A DNA stretch of 52,376 nucleotides from an uncultured Spirochaetaceae bacterium (GTDB lineage: Bacteria; Spirochaetota; Spirochaetia; DSM-27196; PWMO01), in contig CAYPUT010000001.1 of the NCBI GenBank assembly GCA_964413945.1, positions 1 through 52,376 of the forward strand. The letters run 5' to 3'. Within the stretch, counting starts at the first letter, position 1, and every line of letters begins with the position of its first letter. The position numbers and the translations under genes are program-made. The notes beneath the pieces were generated by a model. The model was not told where the DNA came from and did not search any database. It saw only the letters and a program-made list of their open reading frames with translations. This document shows positions 1 to 8,094 of the stretch, in pieces.

Positions 1-9
1 AGGACTAAG

Positions 10-765
10 ATGCCGAGAATTATCGATTTGAGTGTGACCACCGAAAACGGCGCCAGCGAGCCCTTTCCGCCGCAGATCGTTTACAAAGGTCACAAGGACG
101 GAGCCGAACGGCTCGGTAAGCTGGCCGGCGTTTCCCCGGAAGAGTTTCCGGACGGAATGGCCCTTGCGACGGAGCAGTTTACGATTAGCGGCCATTCGGG
201 GACCCACGTCGACGCGCCGTACCACTACGGCCCAACCTGCGAAGGGAAGCCTGCGAAAACTATCGACGAAGTGCCCTTGGAGTGGTTGTACGGCCCCGGG
301 GTGGTTCTCGATTTTCGCCACCTCGACCCCGGATCGAACATCAGCGCAGATCAGGTAAAAGAGGCGCTTGAGAAGATCAAGTATGTTCTCCGTCCCGGCG
401 ACATCGTCTGCGTCCTCACGGGGGCCGACAAGTATTGGATGACGGAGCAGTACCTGCCGCATCAATCAGGGCTCTCGGGAGAGGCGACCGCCTGGATCCT
501 CGATCAGGGAGTCAAGGTCATTGGCGTCGACGGATGGGGGGTGGATCGACCGGTCAAGAAGATGGTAGAGGCCCACAAGGCCGGGGAGGCCGACGCCCTC
601 TGGCCGTCACACTTCTACGGAAGAAAGAAGGAATACTTACAAATAGAGAAGCTAGCGAATCTCGAGAAAGTGCCGGCTACCGGATTCACCCTCTGTGCCT
701 TTCCGGTAAAGGTAAAGTCCGGTTCCGCCGGTTGGTGTCGAGCCGTAGCGATTATCGAGGATTAA
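10..765 (+). CDS. Cyclase-family protein (kynurenine formamidase-like metal hydrolase)
   Basis: 251-aa ORF. It carries HSGTHVDAPYH, matching the HxGTHxDxPxH signature of the putative cyclase/arylformamidase family. AGGA lies just upstream of the ATG at 10. Confidence 0.8.
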   Translation: MPRIIDLSVTTENGASEPFPPQIVYKGHKDGAERLGKLAGVSPEEFPDGMALATEQFTISGHSGTHVDAPYHYGPTCEGKPAKTIDEVPLEWLYGPGVVLDFRHLDPGSNISADQVKEALEKIKYVLRPGDIVCVLTGADKYWMTEQYLPHQSGLSGEATAWILDQGVKVIGVDGWGVDRPVKKMVEAHKAGEADALWPSHFYGRKKEYLQIEKLANLEKVPATGFTLCAFPVKVKSGSAGWCRAVAIIED

Positions 766-777
766 AGGAGAAAAGAG

Positions 778-1992
778 ATGAGTCAACCGTATCACACAGA
801 CAATTGGTGGGTAAGCCCCTTTAACTACATCCCGGAGGTCCGAAAGCAGCTTACGGACCTTCCGAAGAAGGTGCGGTTCCACGACGTTACCTGCCGCGAC
901 GGAGAGCAGACCCCGGGGGTCGTGTTCCGAAAAGAGGAAAAGCTCCGCATCGCCGAGCTTCTTGATTCCATGGGGGTCGACCGTATCGAGGTTGCGCTGC
1001 CCGCGGTTTCCGCCGAGGACGTCGAGGCGGTAAAGGCCGTTGTCGACATGCGGCCGAAGGCGAAGGTCTACGTCCTTAGCCGGGTTACCGAGAGCGACAT
1101 CGACCTCGCCGTCGAGTGCGGCGTCGACGGAATTATCATGGAGATGCCCGTAGGTACACCCCGGCTTCAGTATCAGTTCAAAAAGTGGACCGAGGACACG
1201 GTCATCGAGAAGACCCTGGCGGGCCTGAAGTATGCCCGATCGAAGAACCTCGATATTACCGTTTTCCCCATGGACATTACCCGGGCCGAGCCGGAGTTCT
1301 TCGAGCGTTTTCTCGAGGCCATCGCCGGGAGCGATAACAAGCCCGACGGCATCGCCTGCGTCGATACAACCGGCTGCCTGATACCCCAGGCCGCCTACTA
1401 CATGGTAAAGCGGATCCGCGAGATTACCGGGGTCAGCGCGGAGATCCACACCCACAACGACTTCGAGCTCGGCGTATCGACCCCCCTCGCAGCGGTAGCC
1501 GCCGGGGCGGAAGTGGTACACGGTAGCATCGCCGGGCTCGGAGAGCGGACCGGAAACACCTCGATCGAAACGGTCTCGGCAGCGCTCAAGGCGCTCTACA
1601 ACGTGGAGATAGACCTCGACTTCACAAAGATGCCCTCCACCGCCCGGGAAGTGATGAAGATGGCCAAGCAGGAGATTCCTCCGAGCAAGCCGGTTATCGG
1701 TGAACGCACCTTTACCCGGGAGTCCGGCATGGGGCTCGACCTGGTCTACGAGCAGCCGTTGGCCCTCTTTGCCATGCATCCCAAGTGGTTCGGCGAACAG
1801 GCCAAGTACGTCCTGGGTAAGAAGTCCGGGGTGCTCTCGATCAACATGAAGATCAAAGACCTCGGGATGCCGGAGCTCTCGGACGAGCAAACCACCGAGG
1901 TTGTCAATCGGGTGAAGGCCCTGGGAATTCAGAACAAGGCCCTGGTTACTGATGACGAGTTTAGGCAAATCGTAGGAGAGGTTACCTCTTAA
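778..1992 (+). CDS. HMGL-like DRE-TIM metallolyase (homocitrate / 2-isopropylmalate / citramalate synthase family)
   Basis: 404-aa ORF with the CRDGEQTPG and IHTHNDFELG ... GLGERTGNT motifs typical of LeuA/NifV/CimA-type synthases. A GGAGAAAAGAG Shine-Dalgarno precedes the ATG. Substrate cannot be assigned from sequence alone. Confidence 0.75.
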   Translation: MSQPYHTDNWWVSPFNYIPEVRKQLTDLPKKVRFHDVTCRDGEQTPGVVFRKEEKLRIAELLDSMGVDRIEVALPAVSAEDVEAVKAVVDMRPKAKVYVLSRVTESDIDLAVECGVDGIIMEMPVGTPRLQYQFKKWTEDTVIEKTLAGLKYARSKNLDITVFPMDITRAEPEFFERFLEAIAGSDNKPDGIACVDTTGCLIPQAAYYMVKRIREITGVSAEIHTHNDFELGVSTPLAAVAAGAEVVHGSIAGLGERTGNTSIETVSAALKALYNVEIDLDFTKMPSTAREVMKMAKQEIPPSKPVIGERTFTRESGMGLDLVYEQPLALFAMHPKWFGEQAKYVLGKKSGVLSINMKIKDLGMPELSDEQTTEVVNRVKALGIQNKALVTDDEFRQIVGEVTS

Positions 1993-1995
1993 GCC

Positions 1996-4272
1996 ATGGA
2001 CACCGAGCAGGGGACCTTCGAAATAGAAGAGAGCCGCGAGCGAGTCACCGGAGCGATCAAGTACGTCGACGACGTCGAAATCGGCGGTGCGCTCCATGGC
2101 GCCTTCGTCCGGCTCCCCTGTGCCCGGGCCCGAATCAACTCCGTCGACTCCTCGCCCGCACTCGATGTGCCGGGGGTCGTCGGTGTATATACCGCGGCAG
2201 ACATCTTTACCGAGATGCCCCGTTACGGTGTTATTGCGGAGGACCAGCCGATCCTTGCCTCCGGCGAGACCAAGTTTCACGGCGACCCGGTGGCTATCGT
2301 GCTTGCCGAAAGCTACGAGACAGCCCGCCGGGGAGCTCGAAACGTGGTTGTCGACTACGACGTCCTCGTGCCGGTTCTTTCGGCGGAGGACGCCCTCGCC
2401 GAGGGTGCGCCGTTGGTCTTGGACCCGGAAATCCGTCCCCAGAGCGAACTCAAAGACACTAACATCATGTACGAGTTCCGTCAGAGCTGGGGGAGCTTGG
2501 AGGACGCCGTCTCTGAGTGCGCTCTGGTTCTCGAGAACAGCTACCGGGCGCCGTACATTCATCACTTTGCGATGGAGCCCTACGCCGCCTACGCCGTCCC
2601 GGAGAACGACGGGGTGACCATCGTTACCGCCATCCAGCACCCCTTTCAGTTGCGCCGGATCGTCGCGACCATGATGGGCCTCCCGATGTCGAAGGTCCGC
2701 GTACGGGGCATGGATCAGGGTGGGGGCTTCGGCGGCCGAGGCTACCCGAAGATAGAACCGGCGGCGGCGTACTTTGCCTATCACCTCCGGCGGCCGGTCA
2801 AGATAGCCCTGACCGCCGAGGAAGGCTTTATGGTGGCCCAGCGGGAGGCCGCCCGGGTCTGGATCCGGTCCGGTTTTACCGCCGAAGGCAAGATCGTCTT
2901 TCACGATATGATCGCCGACCTCTGCGTCGGGGCGTACACCGACGTGGCGCCCCGGGTCGTCGGGAAAACCGGGATGCTCGCCGCCGGACCCTACCGCACC
3001 CCGAACGTCCGGACCCTCGCCCGGGGTCTCTTTACCCATACTGCGGCGACAACCGCATTTCGGGGTTTCGGGGCTCCCCACTCCGGGATGGCCGTCGAAG
3101 GGCAGCTCAACGAAGCGGCGGAGCGCCTGGGAATCGACCCCGTCGAGATCCGCATGCGCAACCTCCCGGAGCGGGGGGACGAGCTTATTCCGGGAGAGAC
3201 TCCCGTCGACGGGCATTGGAAAGAGTCGCTTCAGAAGGCCGCCGAAGCCATGGAATGGTCCACGGCGCCTCCGGAAGGCCGAGGCCGGGGAATCGCCCTG
3301 GGAATCAAGAACTCGGTGCCGGCTACCAACTCCTTCGCCCGGGTTCGGCTGAACTCCGACGGAAGCGTAATAGCGTACGTCGGGACTACAGAAATGGGTC
3401 AGGGCTCCCGGACCACGATGCGAAAGATCGTCAGCCGGGAGTTGGGAGTACCCCTCGACGCCGTGGGCCTGGTAAACGCCGATACCGCGATGGTGCCCTT
3501 CGACACGCTTACCGCCTCCAGCCGGTCGACGGTAACCATGGGAAGCGCCCTGATAGACGCATGCAACAACCTCAAGAAGAAGATTTCGACCCTGATGAAC
3601 AGCCGGCGCGGCTCCGGCGCTGAGGCGGCGGTTATCGGGTTTTCAGGGGGCGTAGTAACCGCGGGGCAAGAGAGTCGTACGCTATCGGAGCTTCTCTCCC
3701 AGGAGTTCGGTCCCGGCATCGGAGAGATAGAGGCCGACGGGGCCTTTCTCGGTCCGAAGGATCCGGCCCACCCTCTTGGCGGCAAGACACCTTTTTACGA
3801 ATACCTCGTAACCGCCTGTGAGGTGACCGTCGACGAGGAGACCGGAGAGGTCCAGATAGAGAAGCTTCTGACCGTCAGCGACGTTGGAAAGGCCATCAAC
3901 CCAAAGCGAGTAGCCGGCCTCGACGAAGGCGGGGCGATTATGGGTGTCGGTTTCACCATGATGGAGCAGCTGGTACTCAGCCCCGAGGGACGAATCATGA
4001 ATCCGAGCTCCCTCGACTACCGGATTCCGACGATCTACGATATTCCGAAAGAGATGGTCAGTTTGACCGTAGAGAATGAGGACGGCCCCGGTCCCTACGG
4101 GGCAAAAGGCATGGGGGAAGGCGGCATCTTGGCCGTCGCCCCGGCCGTTGCCCAAGCGATCTTTGATTGCACCGGGGTTCGTATTCGCGAGATTCCTTTC
4201 TCACCGGAAAACGTGTGGCGGGCGCTTCAGACGCATAGGCTTGCTGCAACTCCGGAGAAAGACGCTGGGTAA
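1996..4272 (+). CDS. Xanthine dehydrogenase / aldehyde oxidase family molybdopterin-binding large subunit
   Basis: 758-aa ORF. The N-terminal a/b-hammerhead-like region reads VTGAIKYVDDVEIGGALHGAFVR, and a C-terminal GAKGMGEGG segment is present. It starts 3 nt after the stop of the previous gene. Confidence 0.8.
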   Translation: MDTEQGTFEIEESRERVTGAIKYVDDVEIGGALHGAFVRLPCARARINSVDSSPALDVPGVVGVYTAADIFTEMPRYGVIAEDQPILASGETKFHGDPVAIVLAESYETARRGARNVVVDYDVLVPVLSAEDALAEGAPLVLDPEIRPQSELKDTNIMYEFRQSWGSLEDAVSECALVLENSYRAPYIHHFAMEPYAAYAVPENDGVTIVTAIQHPFQLRRIVATMMGLPMSKVRVRGMDQGGGFGGRGYPKIEPAAAYFAYHLRRPVKIALTAEEGFMVAQREAARVWIRSGFTAEGKIVFHDMIADLCVGAYTDVAPRVVGKTGMLAAGPYRTPNVRTLARGLFTHTAATTAFRGFGAPHSGMAVEGQLNEAAERLGIDPVEIRMRNLPERGDELIPGETPVDGHWKESLQKAAEAMEWSTAPPEGRGRGIALGIKNSVPATNSFARVRLNSDGSVIAYVGTTEMGQGSRTTMRKIVSRELGVPLDAVGLVNADTAMVPFDTLTASSRSTVTMGSALIDACNNLKKKISTLMNSRRGSGAEAAVIGFSGGVVTAGQESRTLSELLSQEFGPGIGEIEADGAFLGPKDPAHPLGGKTPFYEYLVTACEVTVDEETGEVQIEKLLTVSDVGKAINPKRVAGLDEGGAIMGVGFTMMEQLVLSPEGRIMNPSSLDYRIPTIYDIPKEMVSLTVENEDGPGPYGAKGMGEGGILAVAPAVAQAIFDCTGVRIREIPFSPENVWRALQTHRLAATPEKDAG

Positions 4273-4352
4273 GGAGGAACAAGCACAACCCGAACGCCGG
4301 AGAGACCTCAAGATACAGACGCTTTCAAAGCTAGACCGAGGAGGAGTTTGCT

Positions 4353-5636
4353 ATGAGTGACGAAGCAGCGAGGAATGAACAGCTTCGGCTTCTTGAAGAA
4401 GCCGACAAGAGCTCAGGATTCGCGAAGTTTGGAAAATTGGCGAAGCTCATGGGGCCCGCGTGGTTGGCAATTGCACTGAACATCGGTGGTGCAACGGTAA
4501 CCGCGGCGGTAGTGCTGGGCTCACAAACCGGATTCAAGTTCATGTGGGCGATACTGCCGCAGGTATTCACCATATGGCTTATTTGTATCCTGTTCGTGAG
4601 GTTAACTCTAGCGACGGGGGAGGGACCGGTTAGCGCGGCGCGAAAGCACTTAGGTGAAGTCGCCGCCTGGGTAACCGGCCTATCGGTATTTATCGTTAAC
4701 TTGGTATTCCATGCGGTGCAGTACGCCCTTATTGGAATTACGGTTAACGCGATCTTCGGCGTGGACCAACGCATAGGAGCCGTGGTCGGCCTGGTGTTCG
4801 TCCTCGTTATCGTTCTCAATCCGGGAAAGGGCGTCCGCTACCTCAAGATCGTCGAGACAACCTTGAGGATTCTCGTCTGGGTGCTTCTTTTGTCCTTTGT
4901 GGTGATTCTGTTCCTCGTCGATATCGACTGGGGCGGCTTCTTCCGTGGATTCATTCCGTCGGCACCGGCGAACACCGGCGAAGCCATTACCTTGATCGGA
5001 CTCTTGGGAGCCGCCATCGCCATCAATGTCCCCGTGCTCGCGGCCTACGGTACGCAGCAGCGGGGCTGGGGTAAGCGGTACAAAGGGATGAGCTTCTTCG
5101 AGCTGACCTACACCAACGTGATGCTGATCTTGGTCCAGGTTGTCATTTTGATGGCAGTCGGCTCTACTTTGTTCGTCGCCGGGGAAGTTGCTACCGGAGC
5201 CGTCGGCGCCGCCCGGGCCCTCGAGCCCTTCGCCGGAAGTGCGTCGGTGTACCTGTTCTCGATCGGACTCTTGGGCGCCGTCTTTACCACGATGGTGTCT
5301 CAGGTGCTCATTTCCGGGTTTATCATCAGCGATACCCTCGGTTGGGAAGTTGATCCGACCTCGGGTCGCTTCAAAGGGGCGGAGCTGGTCGTTACCTTTA
5401 TCGGCGCCACGGCCCCGCTCTTTGGTTGGAACGCCTTTCAGTTCGTCATCTACGGCGCGGCGTTTAACATCAGTTTCGCACCGCTGCTAATCGTCCTCTG
5501 GATGATCATGTCGAGTCGCGACAACGTGATGGGCGAGCTTAAGACCAAACCGCTCATGAACGTCGGGCTGGTCTTCGCGATTGCCGTAGTACTGTCGGCC
5601 ACCTGGCGTTTCTGGAGCGGCGTGCTCGGCGGGTAG
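4353..5636 (+). CDS. NRAMP-family membrane transporter, divergent (canonical metal-site motifs altered)
   Basis: 427-aa polytopic membrane ORF with NRAMP-like TM1 (MGPAWLAIALNIGGATV) and TM6 (LLGAAIAINVPVLAAY) segments. A GAGGAGGAG Shine-Dalgarno lies upstream of the ATG. Confidence 0.7.
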   Translation: MSDEAARNEQLRLLEEADKSSGFAKFGKLAKLMGPAWLAIALNIGGATVTAAVVLGSQTGFKFMWAILPQVFTIWLICILFVRLTLATGEGPVSAARKHLGEVAAWVTGLSVFIVNLVFHAVQYALIGITVNAIFGVDQRIGAVVGLVFVLVIVLNPGKGVRYLKIVETTLRILVWVLLLSFVVILFLVDIDWGGFFRGFIPSAPANTGEAITLIGLLGAAIAINVPVLAAYGTQQRGWGKRYKGMSFFELTYTNVMLILVQVVILMAVGSTLFVAGEVATGAVGAARALEPFAGSASVYLFSIGLLGAVFTTMVSQVLISGFIISDTLGWEVDPTSGRFKGAELVVTFIGATAPLFGWNAFQFVIYGAAFNISFAPLLIVLWMIMSSRDNVMGELKTKPLMNVGLVFAIAVVLSATWRFWSGVLGG

Positions 5637-5683
5637 TTGTAGTTGTCCTGCCCGTAGCGTCTGACGGGCTTGGTCTCTCTGGT

Positions 5684-5720
5684 GGGCGGGGCGAGAAATC
5701 GCCCCGCCCCGTTTCTTTTT
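5684..5720 (+). terminator. Rho-independent terminator after the NRAMP-like gene
   Basis: Perfect 10-bp GC stem GGGCGGGGCG (5684-5693) / CGCCCCGCCC (5700-5709) with a 6-nt loop AGAAAT, followed by CGTTTCTTTTT. A weaker hairpin, GCCCGT (5650-5655) / ACGGGC (5664-5669), sits just upstream. Confidence 0.75.
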
Positions 5721-5735
5721 GGTATATTCCCCCGG

Positions 5736-6479
5736 ATGACCGAAATCTCCGCTGCTCAGTGGGTCGCCATGATTCCGGCGGCGATATTTCTCGGTGTCTC
5801 TCGTACCGGTATTCGGGGATCGACCATGCTCGCGATTCCGATCTTCGCCGAGATCCTCGGGGCCCGGGTTTCGGCCGGGATCGTTCTTATCCTTTTCGTG
5901 GTGGGTGACGGGGTCGCGATCCGTCACTACTACCGAAGCACCCATTGGACGACGGTGTTGCGTCTCTTTCCCTGGGCGCTGTTGGGAATCGTCGTCGGAG
6001 CGCTCGTCGGGGGGAACGTTTCGGAGCTTGTTTTCCGGCGCATCATGGGAGGGGTTCTTCTCGGAAGCTCTCTCCTGTTACTCTGGCGCGAGGTACGCGG
6101 CAGAGAGCTCTTTATTCCAGGGACTCCCCTGGTGTCCGGGCTTCTCGGGTCCGCCGGCGGCTTCTCCTCCATGGTTGGAAACGCCGCAGGCCCCCTGATG
6201 AACCTCTACCTGATGTCCAAGGGGTACAACAAGGAGCAGTTTATCGGAACGACGGCGTGGTTTTTCTTTCTGATGAACGTCACGAAGGTGCCCTTTCACC
6301 TTTTCTATTGGAAGACGGTGACCGTCGATGCGATCCCTCTACTTCTCATCTTGACGGTTCCGATACTCGCGGGAGCCGCCGTCGGCGTCTGGGTAGCCCG
6401 CACCCTCCCGGAGCGGCCCTTCCGCCTTATCGTTGTCGGACTTGCGGCAGTCGCTTCGCTTCGCCTGGTGTTATTTTAG
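5736..6479 (+). CDS. TauE/SafE (TSUP) family anion/sulfite exporter-like permease
   Basis: Multi-TM ORF with Gly-rich helices typical of TSUP/TauE proteins. I place the start at ATG 5736 because the ORF-track start at 5670 lies inside the upstream terminator hairpin. Confidence 0.7.
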   Translation: MTEISAAQWVAMIPAAIFLGVSRTGIRGSTMLAIPIFAEILGARVSAGIVLILFVVGDGVAIRHYYRSTHWTTVLRLFPWALLGIVVGALVGGNVSELVFRRIMGGVLLGSSLLLLWREVRGRELFIPGTPLVSGLLGSAGGFSSMVGNAAGPLMNLYLMSKGYNKEQFIGTTAWFFFLMNVTKVPFHLFYWKTVTVDAIPLLLILTVPILAGAAVGVWVARTLPERPFRLIVVGLAAVASLRLVLF

Positions 6480-6482
6480 CCT

Positions 6483-7586
6483 ATGCCTCGTTCCGACCAC
6501 CTTCGATTCGGGCACCGGCGTCTTCGCTTCTACGCCGCCTTCGCCTTTCTGGCGCCGGTCCATCTCTGCGTCACCTGGCTCTGCTTTGCCCTTGACCATC
6601 TCTTTTTCCCCGGGTTTCGCCGGGTGGAGATTCGCTCGCCGTTGTTTATCCTGGGGAACTTTCGAAGCGGAAGCACCTTTCTCTACCGCCGGCTTGCCCG
6701 GGACAGCGAAGCCTTCGCCGCATTTTCCACCCGGGAGATCTACGTGACCCCCTCAATTTCTCAGCGGAAGCTCTGGGCCCTTGCCCGAAGATTAGACGCT
6801 CGGTTCGGCGCGCCGATTCAGAGCTCTATCCATAGCTTCGACGATCGGGTATTGGAGGCGGTGCCGTACCACAGAGTCGGCCTTTCGGAACCGGAGGAGG
6901 ACGAAGGGCTCCTCTTCTACCGGTGGGCGAGCTTCTTTATCTGGTTCTTCTTTCCCGGGAGCTCCCGGGCACTACCGATCGTCTCCTTCGACCGGTTGAT
7001 CGCCCCGGCTCGCCGCCGGAGTCTGATGCGTTTCTACCGACGGTGCGTCCAACGTCACCTCTACGTCCACGGGCCGGAGAAGCACTTTCTTTCGAAAAAC
7101 CCCGTCTTCACCGGAAAGCTGCGCTCCCTCCGTTGCCACTTTCCGGATGCAAAGCTCGTCTGCCTGGTGCGGAAGCCGGTGGCGCTGGTTCCTTCGATGA
7201 TCAACTGGTTCTCCTTCGCCTGGAGCTACTTCGGAGACACGACGACCCGCTACCTCTTCCCGGAGCTTATCCGGGATATCGCCCACTACTGGTATCGCTA
7301 CCCCTTAGAGGTGGCCGCCGATAACCTGCGGTTCCTGGCCTTCGAGCGTCTTACCGGTTCCTTCGGCGAGGTTGCCGAAGAGCTGTACCGTTTCGTCGGG
7401 CATCCTGGGGATCCCCACGCCCGGGGTGTGGTGCCCCAACCCGAGGAAGTTACCGAGCGGGCCCGGGGGTTGACCCCCGAGGCGGTGGGCCTTTCCACCG
7501 AAGAGATCGAGAAGCGGTTCCGGGAGGTCATGGAAGCCTATCGCCGTCTGCCGTCGGAACGCTGGATCGCCGGGTCCGGATCTTGA
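6483..7586 (+). CDS. Sulfotransferase-family protein
   Basis: 367-aa ORF. It has a PAPS 5'-phosphosulfate-binding loop-like motif LGNFRSGSTFLYRRL and a 3'-phosphate-binding-like motif LVRKPVALVPSM. It starts 3 nt after the TauE-like stop. Confidence 0.65.
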   Translation: MPRSDHLRFGHRRLRFYAAFAFLAPVHLCVTWLCFALDHLFFPGFRRVEIRSPLFILGNFRSGSTFLYRRLARDSEAFAAFSTREIYVTPSISQRKLWALARRLDARFGAPIQSSIHSFDDRVLEAVPYHRVGLSEPEEDEGLLFYRWASFFIWFFFPGSSRALPIVSFDRLIAPARRRSLMRFYRRCVQRHLYVHGPEKHFLSKNPVFTGKLRSLRCHFPDAKLVCLVRKPVALVPSMINWFSFAWSYFGDTTTRYLFPELIRDIAHYWYRYPLEVAADNLRFLAFERLTGSFGEVAEELYRFVGHPGDPHARGVVPQPEEVTERARGLTPEAVGLSTEEIEKRFREVMEAYRRLPSERWIAGSGS

Positions 7587-7611
7587 ACACGGCTAACATC
7601 TCCACTATCAT
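7583..7611 (+). promoter_or_regulatory. Candidate sigma70-type promoter positioned for a leaderless cheW mRNA
   Basis: TTGAAC (7583-7588), a 17-nt spacer, then TATCAT (7606-7611). The A of the cheW ATG (7618) is the 7th nt after the -10 hexamer. No Shine-Dalgarno lies between them. Confidence 0.35.
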
Positions 7612-7617
7612 CGTGCC

Positions 7618-8091
7618 ATGTCCACTCCAACGGTGCAGCTCGTAACCTTTCAGCTCGGTGGCGAGACGTACGGTATCGACATCATGGACGTCGAAGGCAT
7701 AGTCCAGGTCGAGGAGGTGCGTCAGATTCCCCACGCCCCGGACTACGTGGAGGGGATATTCAACCTCCGGGGCGAGATTATTCCGGTCATCAACCTCCGG
7801 AAGCGCTTTCATCTCCGAGAGATAGAGCTTTCCGACGAGGACAGGCTCTTGAGCGGTTTTGTCATCGTGAACGTCCAGAAAACGCATCTGGCGATCATGA
7901 TCGACCGGGTTCAACGGGTTGTAACCGTACAGCAAGAGGCCGTTCAGAATCCGCCGCAAATGATGAGCGGCATCGGAAACGAATATATCCGTGGTGTCGT
8001 ACCCCAGGACGAGGCCTATCTGATCATCCTAAATGTAAACAGAATATTCGACGTCCGGGAGCTCCGGGCGTTGGAACAGGTCGGGCGATAG
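7618..8091 (+). CDS. cheW: Chemotaxis coupling protein CheW
   Basis: 157-aa ORF. LVTFQLGGETYGIDIMDVEGIV ... FNLRGEIIPVINLRKRF is a classic CheW-domain sequence. Confidence 0.9.
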   Translation: MSTPTVQLVTFQLGGETYGIDIMDVEGIVQVEEVRQIPHAPDYVEGIFNLRGEIIPVINLRKRFHLREIELSDEDRLLSGFVIVNVQKTHLAIMIDRVQRVVTVQQEAVQNPPQMMSGIGNEYIRGVVPQDEAYLIILNVNRIFDVRELRALEQVGR

Positions 8092-8094
8092 TCC

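Noticed and set aside
652-3216. An 854-aa minus-strand ORF spanning three + strand genes.
   Set aside because: It is antisense to three ORFs with clear family motifs (cyclase, RDGEQ/HTHND synthase, XDH large subunit). Its translation is Gly/Arg/Pro/Leu/Asp-rich with no recognisable motif. This is the expected artefact of GC3-rich sense codons, which deplete stop codons on the opposite strand.
4273-4352. A possible Mn2+ (yybP-ykoY) or other riboswitch upstream of the NRAMP-like gene.
   Set aside because: The gap is only 80 nt. I could not find the conserved yybP-ykoY core elements or a convincing multi-stem structure. The transporter also lacks the Mn-binding residues.
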